This document shows positions 27,704 to 37,398 of a stretch of DNA of 64,000 nucleotides, piece by piece. The stretch is taken from positions 1,344,001-1,408,000 of the forward strand of contig OY970399.1 of NCBI GenBank assembly GCA_963720545.1, in the 5' to 3' direction. This DNA is from an uncultured Acidobacteriota bacterium (GTDB lineage: Bacteria > Acidobacteriota > Vicinamibacteria > Fen-336). A program made the translations under genes and the position numbers. Every line of letters starts with the position of its first letter. Position 1 is the stretch's first letter. The notes under the pieces are model-generated. The model worked only from the letters and a program-made list of their open reading frames with translations, had not been told where the DNA came from and made no database searches.

Positions 27704-29047
27704 ATGACCAGCACCAGCACGATCACCAGCAACCATACCGCGCCGCAGGACGTGCATGCGGCGCTTTCCCGGCACATCCTCGCCGACGGGTTCCCGTTCG
27801 TCTTCGACTACGAGAAGAGCCGCGGCCCGTGGATCCACGACGCGAAGACCGGCCGTCAGATCCTCGACTTCGCCGCCTTCTTCGCCTCGCAGCCGATCGG
27901 CTACAACCACCCGAAGATGCAGGATCCAGCGTTCCTCGCGCTGCTGGCGCGCGTGGCGCAGCTGAAGCCGGCGCTGTCCGACGTGTTCAGCGTCGAGTTC
28001 GCCGACGCCGTGGAGACGTTCGCGCGCTTCGCGAAGCCCGCCCACCTGCCGCACGCCTTCTTCATCGAGGGCGGCGCGGCGGCGGTCGAAAACACCCTGA
28101 AGACCGCCTTCGACTGGAAAGTGCGCCGCAACAAGGCCAAGGGCCTGAAGGGCGAACGCGGCTCGCAGGTGATCCACTTCCGCGAGGCATTCCACGGCCG
28201 CTCAGGCTACACGCTCTCGCTCACCAACACCGACCCGGTCAAGACCGATTACTTCCCGCGCTTCCCGTGGCCGCGGATCTCGAACCCGAAGCTGCGCTTC
28301 CCGGTGACTGCCGAGGTCGAGCTCGACGTGCAGGCGGCCGAGGAACAGGCACTCGACGAGATCCGCAAGGCGTTCGCCGACCACGAGGACGACATCGCCG
28401 CGATCATCATCGAGCCGATCCAGGCGGAGGGCGGCGACAACCACTTCCGCCCCGAGTTCCTGCGCTCGCTTTCGGCCCTGTGCGACCGCAACGAATGCTT
28501 CTTCATCGTCGACGAGGTGCAGACGGGCATCGGCATCACCGGCAGGATGTGGGCGCATGAGCACTTCGGCCTCAGGCCCGACGCGCTCGCGTTCGGCAAG
28601 AAGACGCAGGTGTGCGGCATGCTCGCCGGCCCCAGGGTGGACGAGGAGCCGCAGAACGTGTTCGCGGTGTCGTCGCGCATCAACTCCACCTGGGGTGGCA
28701 ACCTCACCGACCTGGTGCGCTGTGCGCGCTACCTCGAGATCCTCGACGAGGATCGCCTGGTGGAGAACGCGCGGGTCGTCGGCGAGCACCTGCTCGCGGG
28801 CCTGCGCGGCATCCAGGACGAACTCGGCGGGCTGGTGACGAACGCGCGCGGCATGGGGCTGATGATCGCCTTCGACTTCCAGGACGGCGAGACGCGCAAG
28901 AAGGCGATCGCGGCGCTCGCCGACGCGGGCCTGCTGGTGCTGCCGTGCGGCACCCGCTCGATCCGCTTCCGGCCGGCGCTCACCCTGACCAGGGACGACG
29001 CGTCCCGCGGGCTCGAGATCGTGCAGAAGTCGCTCAGCCGTTTCTGA
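27704..29047 (+). CDS. lat: L-lysine 6-transaminase (class III PLP aminotransferase)
   Basis: GAAAVENTLKTAFDWK, AFHGRSGYTLSLTNT, IEPIQAEGGD, DEVQTG, FGKK, SRINSTWGG. Confidence 0.93.
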   Translation: MTSTSTITSNHTAPQDVHAALSRHILADGFPFVFDYEKSRGPWIHDAKTGRQILDFAAFFASQPIGYNHPKMQDPAFLALLARVAQLKPALSDVFSVEFADAVETFARFAKPAHLPHAFFIEGGAAAVENTLKTAFDWKVRRNKAKGLKGERGSQVIHFREAFHGRSGYTLSLTNTDPVKTDYFPRFPWPRISNPKLRFPVTAEVELDVQAAEEQALDEIRKAFADHEDDIAAIIIEPIQAEGGDNHFRPEFLRSLSALCDRNECFFIVDEVQTGIGITGRMWAHEHFGLRPDALAFGKKTQVCGMLAGPRVDEEPQNVFAVSSRINSTWGGNLTDLVRCARYLEILDEDRLVENARVVGEHLLAGLRGIQDELGGLVTNARGMGLMIAFDFQDGETRKKAIAALADAGLLVLPCGTRSIRFRPALTLTRDDASRGLEIVQKSLSRF

Positions 29048-29075
29048 AGACGTCAGTCAAAGGCGAGGTCGAGGA

Positions 29076-29291
29076 ATGATCGAGCGTGAGGCCGGCATCA
29101 GGATCTACAACGACGCCCTCGGCGTGAAGGGCGCCAAGGGCCGCCTCGTGCGGATCGCCGAAGACGGCTACTACGAGGTGTCGCTCGAGGTCGCGGGCGG
29201 CCACCATACGGCGTTCCTGCCGATCGCCAGCACGGTGATCATGGCCGCGGAGCCCGACTCCGACGTGCCCGGCATCGAGGTCGAGCGATGA
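29076..29291 (+). CDS. Small hypothetical protein (beta-rich)
   Basis: RBS GAGGA; 71 aa; ATGA overlap with the next gene. Confidence 0.65.
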   Translation: MIEREAGIRIYNDALGVKGAKGRLVRIAEDGYYEVSLEVAGGHHTAFLPIASTVIMAAEPDSDVPGIEVER

Positions 29292-30328
29292 CGACGAGTG
29301 GCGCCCTGCGCGTGATCCACGTCGGCCTCGGCCCCATCGGGCTCGGCATCGCCCGCTTCGTGGCCGCGACCGACGGGCTCAGGATCGTCGGCGCCGTGGA
29401 CTCAGCGCCGGACAAGGCCGGCAAGGACCTGGGCACGCTGCTCGGCGACGCGAAGAAGATGCGCGTCAGGGTCGAGCCCGACCTCGCGAAGCTGCTGCGC
29501 AAGACCAGGGCCGACGTCGCCGTGCTCTGCACGACTTCTTCGGCGAAGCTCATCAAGGCGCAGGTCGCGGCCATCGTCGCGAAGAAGATCAACATCGTCA
29601 GCACCTGCGAGGAGCTGTCGTTCCCGGTGCCGGCGGCGCGCGGGCTGTTCAAGGAAATCGACAAGCTGGCGCGGGCGAAGAAGGTGTCGGTGCTCGGCAC
29701 CGGCGTCAATCCCGGCTATGCGATGGACGCGCTGCCGCTGATGCTGACGGCGCCGTGCGCACGCGTGGTGCGCGTCGCGGTGACGCGCGTGGTGGACGCC
29801 GGCAAGCGCCGGCTGCCGCTGCAGCGCAAGGTCGGCGCCGGCCTCAACCTCAACCAGTTCCGCCGCGCCATGGGCGAGAACACCGTGCGCCACGTCGGCC
29901 TGGTGGAGTCGGCGTACATGATCGCGCACGGCCTCGGCTGGAGCCTCGACCGCGTCGAGGAGACGCTCGAGCCGGTAATCGCGCCGCGCGACCTCGACAC
30001 CGAATTCCTGCGCATTCCGGCGGGCGCCGCCGCGGGCATCAAGCAGTTCGTGCGCGCCTACCGCGGCGCCGAGCTCGCCATCAGCCTCGACCTGCAGATG
30101 TACGTCGGCGCCGACAACCCGCGCGACCACATCCTCATCGACGGCGACCCGCGCGTCGACATGACCGTGGCCGGCGGCTTCCAGGGCGACATCGCCACCG
30201 CCGCGATCACCGTGAACGCCATCCCCAAGCTGATGGCCGCGCGGCCGGGCCTCGTCACCATGGCCGAGATCCCGCTGGTGCACCGGTTCAACCCGCTCGA
30301 GATCCGTACGCTCCCGAAGAAGCGCTAG
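29288..30328 (+). CDS. NAD(P)-dependent oxidoreductase, DapB-like / 2,4-diaminopentanoate (amine) dehydrogenase-like family
   Basis: GLGPIG Rossmann motif; STCEELSFP, GTGVNPG, HVGLVES, GDIATAA..VNAIP. Confidence 0.8.
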   Translation: MTTSGALRVIHVGLGPIGLGIARFVAATDGLRIVGAVDSAPDKAGKDLGTLLGDAKKMRVRVEPDLAKLLRKTRADVAVLCTTSSAKLIKAQVAAIVAKKINIVSTCEELSFPVPAARGLFKEIDKLARAKKVSVLGTGVNPGYAMDALPLMLTAPCARVVRVAVTRVVDAGKRRLPLQRKVGAGLNLNQFRRAMGENTVRHVGLVESAYMIAHGLGWSLDRVEETLEPVIAPRDLDTEFLRIPAGAAAGIKQFVRAYRGAELAISLDLQMYVGADNPRDHILIDGDPRVDMTVAGGFQGDIATAAITVNAIPKLMAARPGLVTMAEIPLVHRFNPLEIRTLPKKR

Positions 30329-30377
30329 CCGGCGCTAATTCCCAAAAACGGTTTTGGGGCGCATCTATACTGTGGAC

Positions 30378-31187
30378 ATGAGCCGTCACGCCGGATTGTC
30401 CGCCTTGCTTGCTGCCGCCGCGCTGGCGCTGGCGTTGCCCGCCGCGTTGCGCGCCGAGGTCTTCCTGCTGAAGGACGGCGACCGCATCACCGGCACGATC
30501 GTCAGCGAGACCAAGAATTCGCTGGTCGTGAAGTCGGCGTACGGCAACGTCACGCTGCCGCGCACCCGCATCCTGCGGATCATCAAGGACGACGGCACCG
30601 ACCGCACGTTCACGGTGCCGACGACCGACCTGGGAGCGAAGCCGACACCGACACCGGCGGCAGCGGCGAAAACCATCCTGGTGCTGACCGTCAGCGGCGT
30701 CACGTTCTGGCATGCCTGGGAAGACAAGGACGCGCCGGCCGATCCGAGCCTGCGCCTGGCGGTGAGCGTCGACGAGAAGCCGGTGGCCGCCTATCTCGAC
30801 CCGGTGGTCGAGTCGGGCGAGATCAAGAACGCCGTCCTCAATTCGTTCGGCTTCGCGAAGACCATGAGCGTCGGCGCCGACACCGGCGCGGTGGTGGCGC
30901 CTCCGGACGTGCAGCCGGGCAGGATCACGCTGCGCATCGAGCTGCCGCCGGCCGTCGCCCCCGGCACACATGCGGTGCGGCTCAGCTACCAGGTGAATAC
31001 CGGTGCCAAGGGCGCCGCGCAGTGGCAGGACGTGCTGACTGCCAGCACCCAGGCGGCCTTGCGCGGCGACGCCCCGACCATCGTGCGCGCGCAGCAGGAA
31101 GCGGGTGAAATGACCTTCGACGGCCGCGGCAAGCGCACCATGAAGAAGGTCGAGACCTTCCGCATCGGCCTCGCGCCCGGCGAGTAG
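30378..31187 (+). CDS. Secreted hypothetical protein
   Basis: Signal peptide; 'LKDGDRITGTIV' N-terminal module; Pro/Thr linker. Confidence 0.7.
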   Translation: MSRHAGLSALLAAAALALALPAALRAEVFLLKDGDRITGTIVSETKNSLVVKSAYGNVTLPRTRILRIIKDDGTDRTFTVPTTDLGAKPTPTPAAAAKTILVLTVSGVTFWHAWEDKDAPADPSLRLAVSVDEKPVAAYLDPVVESGEIKNAVLNSFGFAKTMSVGADTGAVVAPPDVQPGRITLRIELPPAVAPGTHAVRLSYQVNTGAKGAAQWQDVLTASTQAALRGDAPTIVRAQQEAGEMTFDGRGKRTMKKVETFRIGLAPGE

Positions 31188-31244
31188 CGCGCCAGACCGC
31201 CGCAGCCCTTGACGGGGCGGCACATCGGCCCTACGCTCGAATTC

Positions 31245-31865
31245 GTGAACGACTTGTGGTCGTCGCTGCCCGGGTATGCGTTCGACTTCCTGCCGAGCGT
31301 CGCGCTCGGCATCGCGCTGGCCGCGTGCGCCGGTATTCGCGCCTGGCTGCCGCTGCTGCTCGCCGGCGGCGCCGCGCGCCTCGGCATCCTGCAGCTCGGC
31401 GGAGCGTTCGAGTTCATCGCCAGCGACCGCGCGCTCGCCCTGTTCACGGTGGCGACGCTGGTCGAGATCGCCGCCGACAAGGTGCCGGCGCTCGACCACG
31501 CGCTCGACAGCATCTCCACCATCATCCGCCCAGCGGCTGGCGCGCTGCTCGCGGCGTCGGTGATGTGGAAGATCTCCGACCCGCTGACGGCACTGGCGCT
31601 CGGCGTCGCCGTGGGCGCACCGTCGGCCCTCGTGCCGCACGCCGCCAAGTCGGTCCTGCGGGCCGGCTCCACCGCCTTCACCGGCGGCCTTGCCAACCCG
31701 TTCCTGAGCCTGATCGAGGACCTGCTGGTCTTTGGCCTGTTCCTGGTCGCGGTGGTGGTGCCGGTCGCCGTCGCGCTGATGGTCATCGCCTTCGGCGTGC
31801 TCGTGGTGCGCAGGCTGCGCGCCCGCGCCCGTGCCCGCTCCGCAGCGAACGTCGTCGCGGTCTAG
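31245..31865 (+). CDS. DUF4126-family membrane protein
   Basis: GIALAACAGIRAWLPL, EIAADKVPALDH..D, IRP.AG, ANP..SLIED; TTGACG-17-TACGCT promoter upstream. Confidence 0.85.
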   Translation: MNDLWSSLPGYAFDFLPSVALGIALAACAGIRAWLPLLLAGGAARLGILQLGGAFEFIASDRALALFTVATLVEIAADKVPALDHALDSISTIIRPAAGALLAASVMWKISDPLTALALGVAVGAPSALVPHAAKSVLRAGSTAFTGGLANPFLSLIEDLLVFGLFLVAVVVPVAVALMVIAFGVLVVRRLRARARARSAANVVAV

Positions 31866-31878
31866 GGAAACGAACAGC

Positions 31879-32811
31879 ATGAACCGTCGGCGGGCCGCGG
31901 TGCTGGGAGCGGCTGTCCTCATCGCGTGCGCCTTGCTGCGACTTCCCTTCGCCGCGGCCCAGGCGCCGCCACCGGCGCAGGTCCCCACCATCGACGTCAC
32001 TTCGTACGTGGTGTCGGCGAACGTCGTGGTCTTCGACTCGGCCGGCCGCTTCATCAAGGGGCTGACGCCGCAGGACGTCGAGGTGCTCGAGGACGGCGTG
32101 CCGCAGGACGTGACCTTCTTTCGCGAGGCGTCCGACCGCAGCGGCGAGCGCATCCCCCTGTCGGTGGTGCTGGCGCTCGACACCAGCGGCAGCATGAAGC
32201 GCAACCTGCACTTCCTGCAGGAGGCGGCGACCACCTTCGTCAACAAGCTCGAGGACGTGGACACCGTCATGCTCGTGCAGTTCAGCGACAGCGTGAAGGG
32301 CAGCGCCTCCTTCACCGACGACCTCGACCGGCTCGACCGTTTCATCGAGGGGCTGCAGGCCTGGGGCGGGACTGCGCTCTACGATGCGGTGCATTACGCG
32401 CTCACCCGGGTCTCCGACCAGCCCGGGCGCAAGGCGGTGGTGGTGTTCTCCGATGGCGCCGACCACGACAGCTCGATGAGCAGCCAGGACGTCATCGCCA
32501 TGGCGCAAGGCGTCGAGGCCACGGTCTATTCGGTCGCGATCGAAGGCGAGAGCGGCTCCAAGGGCTTCCTGCAAAACGTCGCGAAGGACACCGGCGGCCA
32601 GTATTTCTCGCCCGACAAGGTCGGCGAGTTGAGCGCCGTGTTCTCGGCGATCGCGAACGAGCTGCACAACCACTACGCGCTCGGCTACACGCCGAGGCAC
32701 GACCCGGACGGCAAGTTCCACACGCTCGCGGTGCGCATCAAGACCCGCCCGGAGCTGCAGGTGCGCACCCGCAAGGGTTACGTCGCGCGCAAACCCCGCC
32801 GCGCGCGCTGA
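31879..32811 (+). CDS. Acidobacterial VWA domain-containing protein
   Basis: MIDAS DTSGS, GGTALYDA, RKAVVVFSDG.D, YALGY.P, VRTRKGY. Confidence 0.9.
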   Translation: MNRRRAAVLGAAVLIACALLRLPFAAAQAPPPAQVPTIDVTSYVVSANVVVFDSAGRFIKGLTPQDVEVLEDGVPQDVTFFREASDRSGERIPLSVVLALDTSGSMKRNLHFLQEAATTFVNKLEDVDTVMLVQFSDSVKGSASFTDDLDRLDRFIEGLQAWGGTALYDAVHYALTRVSDQPGRKAVVVFSDGADHDSSMSSQDVIAMAQGVEATVYSVAIEGESGSKGFLQNVAKDTGGQYFSPDKVGELSAVFSAIANELHNHYALGYTPRHDPDGKFHTLAVRIKTRPELQVRTRKGYVARKPRRAR

Positions 32812-32842
32812 CGTCGGGGTTAGAATTCCCCAGCGAAACACC

Positions 32843-34495
32843 ATGCTCGAACTGAGCGTCCAGGGACCCGGCGGATCGCACCAGCGCATACCCCTGCAGC
32901 CGCGCCTCACCATCGGCCGCTCGCGCGAGAACGACCTGTTCCTGCCCGACCAGTGGCTCTCGCGCCATCACGCGGAGATCCGCAGCAGCTCGAGCGGCTT
33001 CCTCATCGTCGACCTCGGCAGCAAGAACGGCACGCTGCTGAACGGCCGCCCGGTGCGCGGCGAGGCCACGCTGCGCACCGGCGACATGATCGTGCTGGGC
33101 GAGCACACCCTCAGCCTGATCGAGGCCCAGACCTCGGCAACCCTCGTGGACGGCGACGATTCCGAACCGCTCGGCACGCAGATCTTCTCGGCCAAGGACC
33201 TGTCCGCCGCGGCCACGCTGCCGACCAACGACCTCGAGGAGCTGGCCCGCCAGAACCGGGTGCTGACCATCCTCAGCCGCGCGTCGCGCGAGCTCATCGC
33301 CCACCGCCCGCTGAGCGAGCTGTTCGAGGTGATCCTGAACCTGCTGTTCGAGGCGGTGCCGGCCGAGCGCGGAGCCATCCTGCTGCTCGACCCGGTCACC
33401 CACGACCTGCAGATCGCCGCCTCGCGCAGCCGCCACGGCCAGCCGATCACCGCGATCTCGCGCTCGATCGCGCGCAAGACACTCGAGGGCGGCGCGCTGC
33501 TGCTGCCGAACGTGCTGGAAGACGCGGCGCTGCAGTCGCAGGACAGCATCCTGTCGCTCGGCATCCGCTCGGCGGTGTGCGTGCCGCTGTGGCTCACCTC
33601 GCCTGCCTCCGGCACGCAGGAAAACGTCATCGGCCTCGCCTACCTCGACACCCTCAAGGACTACCACTCGTTCACCGAGGACGACCTGCGCATCCTGACG
33701 ACGCTCGCGAACGTGGCGGCCTCGAAGATCGAGAATGCGCGCCTGCTCGAGGAGAACATGGAGAAGCGCGGGCTCGAGGAAGACCTGCGGGTCGCGGCGC
33801 AGATCCAGCGCAGCATGCTGCCGGCGAACTCCCCCGAGATCGCGGGCTACGAGCTGGTCGGCTCGCAGCGCACCTGCCGCACCATCGGCGGGGACTACTA
33901 CGACTTCGGCACCGACGAGCGCGGCGTGGTGGCGCTGGCGCTCGGCGACGTCTCCGGCAAGGGCACCGGTGCCGCGCTGATGATGACGGTGCTGCGCGCC
34001 TCGGTGCGCGGCGCCTGGATGAGCGGCGAGGTCGCGGACGCGGTCACGACCGTCAACAAGTTCATGAAGCAGAACGTGCCCGACGGCAAGTTCGTCACCT
34101 TCTTCCTGGCGCGACTCGATCCCAGGGAACACACGCTCACCTACACCAACGCCGGCCACAACCCGCCGATGGTGCTGCGCCAGGGCGGTGCGGTCGAGCG
34201 CCTCGAGGAGGGCGGGCCGGTGCTCGGGATTCTCGAAGGCGTGCCCTACGGCCAGGGCAAGATCTCGATCGGCCCGGGCGAGACGGTGGTGATCTATTCC
34301 GACGGGCTGTCCGAGGCGTGGAGCGAAACCGGCGAGGAGCTGGGCGACGACGGCCTGGCGCGCATCGCGACCGCCGCGGCGCACCTCGGCGCCGAGGACC
34401 TCGAGACCGAGCTGCTGCGCGGCATCGACGCGTTCTCCTCGGGAGCCAAGCCCACCGACGATCGCACCCTCATCATCCTCAAGCGCACGGCGTAG
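32843..34495 (+). CDS. FHA-GAF-SpoIIE (PP2C) family phosphatase
   Basis: FHA IGRS/SRHHA/DLGSKNGT; GAF region; GGDYYD, GDVSGKG, NAGHNPP, YSDGLSE, DDRT. Confidence 0.92.
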   Translation: MLELSVQGPGGSHQRIPLQPRLTIGRSRENDLFLPDQWLSRHHAEIRSSSSGFLIVDLGSKNGTLLNGRPVRGEATLRTGDMIVLGEHTLSLIEAQTSATLVDGDDSEPLGTQIFSAKDLSAAATLPTNDLEELARQNRVLTILSRASRELIAHRPLSELFEVILNLLFEAVPAERGAILLLDPVTHDLQIAASRSRHGQPITAISRSIARKTLEGGALLLPNVLEDAALQSQDSILSLGIRSAVCVPLWLTSPASGTQENVIGLAYLDTLKDYHSFTEDDLRILTTLANVAASKIENARLLEENMEKRGLEEDLRVAAQIQRSMLPANSPEIAGYELVGSQRTCRTIGGDYYDFGTDERGVVALALGDVSGKGTGAALMMTVLRASVRGAWMSGEVADAVTTVNKFMKQNVPDGKFVTFFLARLDPREHTLTYTNAGHNPPMVLRQGGAVERLEEGGPVLGILEGVPYGQGKISIGPGETVVIYSDGLSEAWSETGEELGDDGLARIATAAAHLGAEDLETELLRGIDAFSSGAKPTDDRTLIILKRTA

Positions 34496-34969
34496 ATGGC
34501 GCACTCCCGGCGGCTGGGGATGCGCGGGGTGTCGGGAGAGATCCTGGTGCTGCAGCGCGAAGTCACCGAGCTCTTCGAGCGGCTCAACGAATACGAGGCC
34601 GACGCGCCCGCCGGCGCCGCCTCGTTCCGCCCCGCGCTCGACATCTTCGAGTGCGAAGCGGCACTGATGGTGGTGATCGAGGTGCCCGGCTTCAACCCCG
34701 AGTCTCTCAAGGTCAGCCTCAGCCGCGACCTGCTGACGATCAGCGGCGAAAGGCGCAGCGCGCGCAAGTCGGGCATCGACGCGTTCGTCTGCATGGAGCG
34801 GCCGCACGGCCGCTTCCAGCGCAGCATCCGCCTCGACCGTCCGGTGGACATCGCCAGGGCGGAAGCGCGGCTGCGCCGCGGCCTGCTCACCATCCGCCTG
34901 CCGCGGCTCAACGACCGGCGCGGACGGGCGATCGCGATTCCCGTGGTGCGCGATGAGGAGGAGCAGTGA
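34496..34969 (+). CDS. Hsp20/alpha-crystallin family protein
   Basis: PALDIFE, EVPG, LTISGER, ERPHGRFQRSI.L, GLLTIRLP. Confidence 0.9.
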   Translation: MAHSRRLGMRGVSGEILVLQREVTELFERLNEYEADAPAGAASFRPALDIFECEAALMVVIEVPGFNPESLKVSLSRDLLTISGERRSARKSGIDAFVCMERPHGRFQRSIRLDRPVDIARAEARLRRGLLTIRLPRLNDRRGRAIAIPVVRDEEEQ

Positions 34970-37398
34970 GCGAGGAAGCGGCCCCGGACGACGAAGCCCC
35001 CAAGATCCCGCCGACGCTGCCGGTGCTGCCGCTGCGCGACATCGTCATCTTCCCGTTCATGATCGTGCCGCTCTACGTGAGCCGCGAGCGCTCGATCAAG
35101 GCCGTGGACCACGCGCTTGCCGAGAACCGCATGATCCTGCTGCTCGCGCAGCGCCAGCAGGACGACGAAGATCCCGGGGCAGACGGCCTGTACACGGTCG
35201 GCACGGTGGCGCTCATCATGCGCATGCTGAAGCTGCCCGACGGCCGCATTCGCGTCCTCGTGCAAGGCGTCGGCCGCGGCCGGGTCACCGGCTTCGAGGA
35301 CGGCCAGGCGTTCCTGCAGGCGCACATCGAGACGGTCAACGAGCCGGCGCTCGAAACCACCGACCAGCTGCCGGTGGAGGCGCTGATGCGCAACGTCAAG
35401 AGCGCCCTCGAGAAGTCGGCGAACCTCGGCAAGAACATCTCGTCGGAAGTGATCGTGATCGCGACCAACATGGACGAGCCGGGACGGCTCGCCGACCTCG
35501 CGGCCTCCAACCTCGACCTGAAGGTCGAGGGCGCGCAGGAGATCCTCGAGGCGACCGATCCCCTCGACCGGCTGAAGAAGGTCCACGAGCTCCTCACCAA
35601 GGAGCTCGAGGTGCTGGCGATGCAGCAGGAGATCTCGTCGCAGGCGAAGGGCGAGATCGACCGCAACCAGCGCGAGTTCTTCCTGCGCCAGCAGATGAAG
35701 GCGATCCAGTCCGAGCTGGGCGAAGGCAACGAGCTGGCCGAGGAAGTGGCGGCGCTGCGCGAGAAGGCCGGCAAGGCGAAGATGCCGAAGCCGGTCCTCG
35801 AGGAGCTGGAGCGGCAGCTGAAGAAGCTGGAGCGCATGCACCCCGACTCGGCCGAGACCGCCACCTTACGCAACTGGCTCGAGTGGATGGTGGGCCTGCC
35901 GTGGGGCAAGTCGACCAAGGACAACCTCGACCTGAAGGAAGCGCAGCGCATCCTCGACGAGGACCACTACGGCCTCGAGAAGGTGAAGGAGCGCATCATC
36001 GAGTACCTCGCGGTGCGCAAGCTCAAGGAGCGCACCAAGGGGCCGCTGCTGTGCTTCGTCGGGCCGCCGGGCGTCGGCAAGACCAGCCTCGGCCGCTCGA
36101 TCGCCCGCGCGCTGGGCCGCAAGTTCGTGCGCCTGTCCCTGGGCGGCGTCAAGGACGAGGCCGAAGTCCGCGGCCACCGCCGCACCTACGTGGGCGCGAT
36201 GCCGGGACGCATCGTCCAGGGCATCCAGCAGGCCGGCTCGAACAACCCGGTGTTCATGATGGACGAGGTGGACAAGATCGGCGCCGACTTCCGCGGCGAT
36301 CCGTCCTCGGCGCTCCTCGAAGTGCTGGACCCCGAGCAGAACAACACCTTCCGCGACCACTACCTGGGCGTGCCGTTCGACCTCTCGCAGGTGATGTTCG
36401 TGTGCACCGCCAACCTCATCGACACCATCCAGCCGGCGTTCCTCGACCGCATGGAGGTGATCCGCATCTCGGGCTACACCGAAGAGGAGAAACTGCAGAT
36501 CGCGAAGCGCCACGTGATCCCCAAGCAGCTCGAGGAGCACGGCCTGACCGCGGCGCATTTCGCGATCAGCGATGCGGCGCTGCGCCAGCTGATCCAGCTG
36601 TACACGCGCGAAGCCGGGCTGCGCAACCTCGAGCGCGAGGTGGCGGCCATCATCCGTAAGGTCGCGCGACGCGTCGCCGAGGGCGAGAAGGGCAAGAAGC
36701 GCATCACCCCGCAGTCGCTGCACCGCTACCTGGGCGCGCCCAAGATCCTGCCGGAGGAGATCCTCAAGCACGACGCCGTCGGCATCGCCACCGGGCTCGC
36801 GTGGACCGCGACCGGCGGCGACATCCTGTTCGTCGAGGCGACCGCCTTCAAGGGCAAGGGGCGGCTGATGCTCACCGGGCAGCTCGGCGACGTGATGAAG
36901 GAGTCGGGCCAGGCGGCGCTGTCGTACGCGCGCAGCCATGCGCGCGCGCTCGGCATCCGCGACGAGTTGTTCGCGAGCCGCGACCTGCACATCCACGTCC
37001 CCGAAGGTGCCATCCCCAAGGACGGACCTTCGGCCGGCATCACCATGGCGACGGCGCTCATCTCGGTGCTCACCGGCCGGCCCATCAAGCGCTCGGTGGC
37101 GATGACCGGTGAGATCACGCTGCGCGGCAACATCCTGCCGATCGGCGGCCTGAAGGAGAAGATCCTCGCGGCGCGGCGGCTCGGCATCACGACCGTGCTG
37201 TGCCCGAAGCTCAACGAGAAGGAGCTCGAGGAGGTGCCCGCCGACGTCAAGCGCGGCATCGAGTTCCACCTGGTGGGCGACGTCAGCGAGGTGCTGAAGT
37301 GGGCGCTGGTGCCGCCGCTAGTGATGCGCGCCGACCCGCAGGCGCCGCCGCGGCGCCTGCCGAAGTCCCTGCCGCGCTCGCGGCCGGTCAACGCTTAG
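34966..37398 (+). CDS. lon: ATP-dependent Lon protease
   Basis: LPLRD..IFP LON domain; GPPGVGKTS; RRTYVGAMPG; PKDGPSAG (Ser); IGGLKEK (Lys). Confidence 0.97.
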   Translation: MSEEAAPDDEAPKIPPTLPVLPLRDIVIFPFMIVPLYVSRERSIKAVDHALAENRMILLLAQRQQDDEDPGADGLYTVGTVALIMRMLKLPDGRIRVLVQGVGRGRVTGFEDGQAFLQAHIETVNEPALETTDQLPVEALMRNVKSALEKSANLGKNISSEVIVIATNMDEPGRLADLAASNLDLKVEGAQEILEATDPLDRLKKVHELLTKELEVLAMQQEISSQAKGEIDRNQREFFLRQQMKAIQSELGEGNELAEEVAALREKAGKAKMPKPVLEELERQLKKLERMHPDSAETATLRNWLEWMVGLPWGKSTKDNLDLKEAQRILDEDHYGLEKVKERIIEYLAVRKLKERTKGPLLCFVGPPGVGKTSLGRSIARALGRKFVRLSLGGVKDEAEVRGHRRTYVGAMPGRIVQGIQQAGSNNPVFMMDEVDKIGADFRGDPSSALLEVLDPEQNNTFRDHYLGVPFDLSQVMFVCTANLIDTIQPAFLDRMEVIRISGYTEEEKLQIAKRHVIPKQLEEHGLTAAHFAISDAALRQLIQLYTREAGLRNLEREVAAIIRKVARRVAEGEKGKKRITPQSLHRYLGAPKILPEEILKHDAVGIATGLAWTATGGDILFVEATAFKGKGRLMLTGQLGDVMKESGQAALSYARSHARALGIRDELFASRDLHIHVPEGAIPKDGPSAGITMATALISVLTGRPIKRSVAMTGEITLRGNILPIGGLKEKILAARRLGITTVLCPKLNEKELEEVPADVKRGIEFHLVGDVSEVLKWALVPPLVMRADPQAPPRRLPKSLPRSRPVNA

